A stretch of 64,000 bases of DNA from Eledone cirrhosa (taxonomy: Eukaryota): positions 28,148,001 to 28,212,000 of the forward strand of contig OZ024759.1 in the NCBI GenBank assembly GCA_964016885.1, written 5' to 3'. The notes under the pieces are model-generated. The model was not told the DNA's origin and made no database searches. It was given only the letters and a program-made list of their open reading frames with translations. A program made the position numbers and the translations under genes. How positions within the stretch are numbered: position 1 is the first letter of the stretch; every line of letters starts with the position of its first letter. Positions 62,512 through 64,000 of this stretch are shown piece by piece.

Positions 62512-62769
62512 AGAGAGAGTGGGGGGGGGGCCTGCAGTGCTGAAACCGGAGACAACCTTAATCATGGGACCACTCAATGCATGGGAGATAGTGAGTGGAC
62601 ATAGGGATAGGTAAAATCACGGGTGCAGCGACAAGCCGAGACCCCTTGGCGGCGAGGTCGGAGGTTTACCTCTCTCTCCCTCTCTCTCACTCTCTCTCTC
62701 AACTTCTCTCTCGTTCTCTCTCTCTTTCTTTACTTCTCTATCTCTCTCCTTCTCTCTCTCACTCTCTCC

Positions 62770-62874
<105 letters not shown>

Positions 62875-63228
62875 TGTATATATAGTGTATTTTGCAATAC
62901 ATTGTATGCTTAATTAAAAGCATTTTGAAGGCCTTACGCTATTGTTTTAAAGTAGCGACAGTAGGGGAGATAAGCTGACAGTAGGGGAGATAAGCTCTGT
63001 TTCGTACTTGTTGGTACCTTCCAAAGCTCACCACTCACCATATATATATATATATATATATATATAATGTCCGTAGCTGAGGTACGAACGTCTAACTTCC
63101 CTGCCTTTACATTCATTTGGGAATCATCTCTACACATAAAATTAAAAATACAGTTATGTGTACAGTTCTATCAGCAAGGAATTAGTGTATGTATGTGTAT
63201 ATATACACAACAAATACGATCTCTACTA

Positions 63229-63279
<51 letters not shown>

Positions 63280-63505
63280 TGAGGTAATAATATAATAAAT
63301 AATAATAATAATAATTATTATATATTTTATTATATATATATATGTATGTATGTATCTATGTATGTATGTATGTATGTATGTGTGTGTGTACATATGCGTC
63401 TTAGTATGCAATGATGTCTACAGTTCTGTTAGCAAGGATTTAGTGTACGTAAATGTATATATACACAACTAAGACGATATGTACTAGTATATATCTATAC
63501 ATATG

Positions 63506-63541
<36 letters not shown>

Positions 63542-64000
63542 CAGTGATGTGTACAGTTCTGTTAGCTGTAAACTAATGCTCTCACAGCAGTAACGCTGTC
63601 GTCATCACTCGCTCCACATTTCAATAACTCATCATTTGGATATTGTTGACTGAATATAAGAGCTCTGATGATAACAAGACAAAGTTATTAAACTAATTGC
63701 TTTCATCTCAATTGTAATGACTTTAACTATCAGCTTAAATCACTTCATGAATATTAATTAAGTATTGATACATAATTACGGCTGCTTTGTACTCCCAATA
63801 GATATTGCCGTGGTTTTGTTCTACACTACAACACCAACAGCATTTTAACTTTCAAATATTGAGGCCACATTTAAATATTCACCTTGTTTGACCAATCGTT
63901 TTGCTGTTATACTTGTTGTTGTTGTTGTATATAAGAGTTACGGCCATTTACGTTCCCAGCCCAAATCCCACCTAGATTAGTTTTACTATCCACACTTCCG

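Overview
A very AT-rich eukaryotic window saturated with microsatellites. The SINE families and the (TA)n/(CA)n/(GA)n/(GTT)n load look like an octopod cephalopod genome; this is inferred from recalled repeat sequences, not confirmed. No intact protein-coding gene is supported, and almost all long ORFs in the track are translations of simple repeats. Real coding remnants are fragments of non-LTR retrotransposons (CRE, several RTE/Expander, CR1, possibly Tx1). There are about 20 copies of a tRNA-derived SINE, CORE-type SINEs, and mariner, pogo/Tigger and piggyBac-like MITEs. The main discovery is a dense set of type I minimal hammerhead ribozyme motifs (CUGANGA-stem II-GAAA-stem III-NUH) in at least six distinct short elements sitting in (TA)n tracts, which look like Penelope-like pseudo-LTR remnants. 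Several of these occur as fold-back palindromes centred on the ribozyme's own stem II loop. Also notable: nested long-range inverted duplications, satellites born from SINE, MITE and LINE parts, a consensus CTCF-like site, and weak hints of decayed LRR/TIR genes. All coordinates were read by eye and may be off by a few bases.
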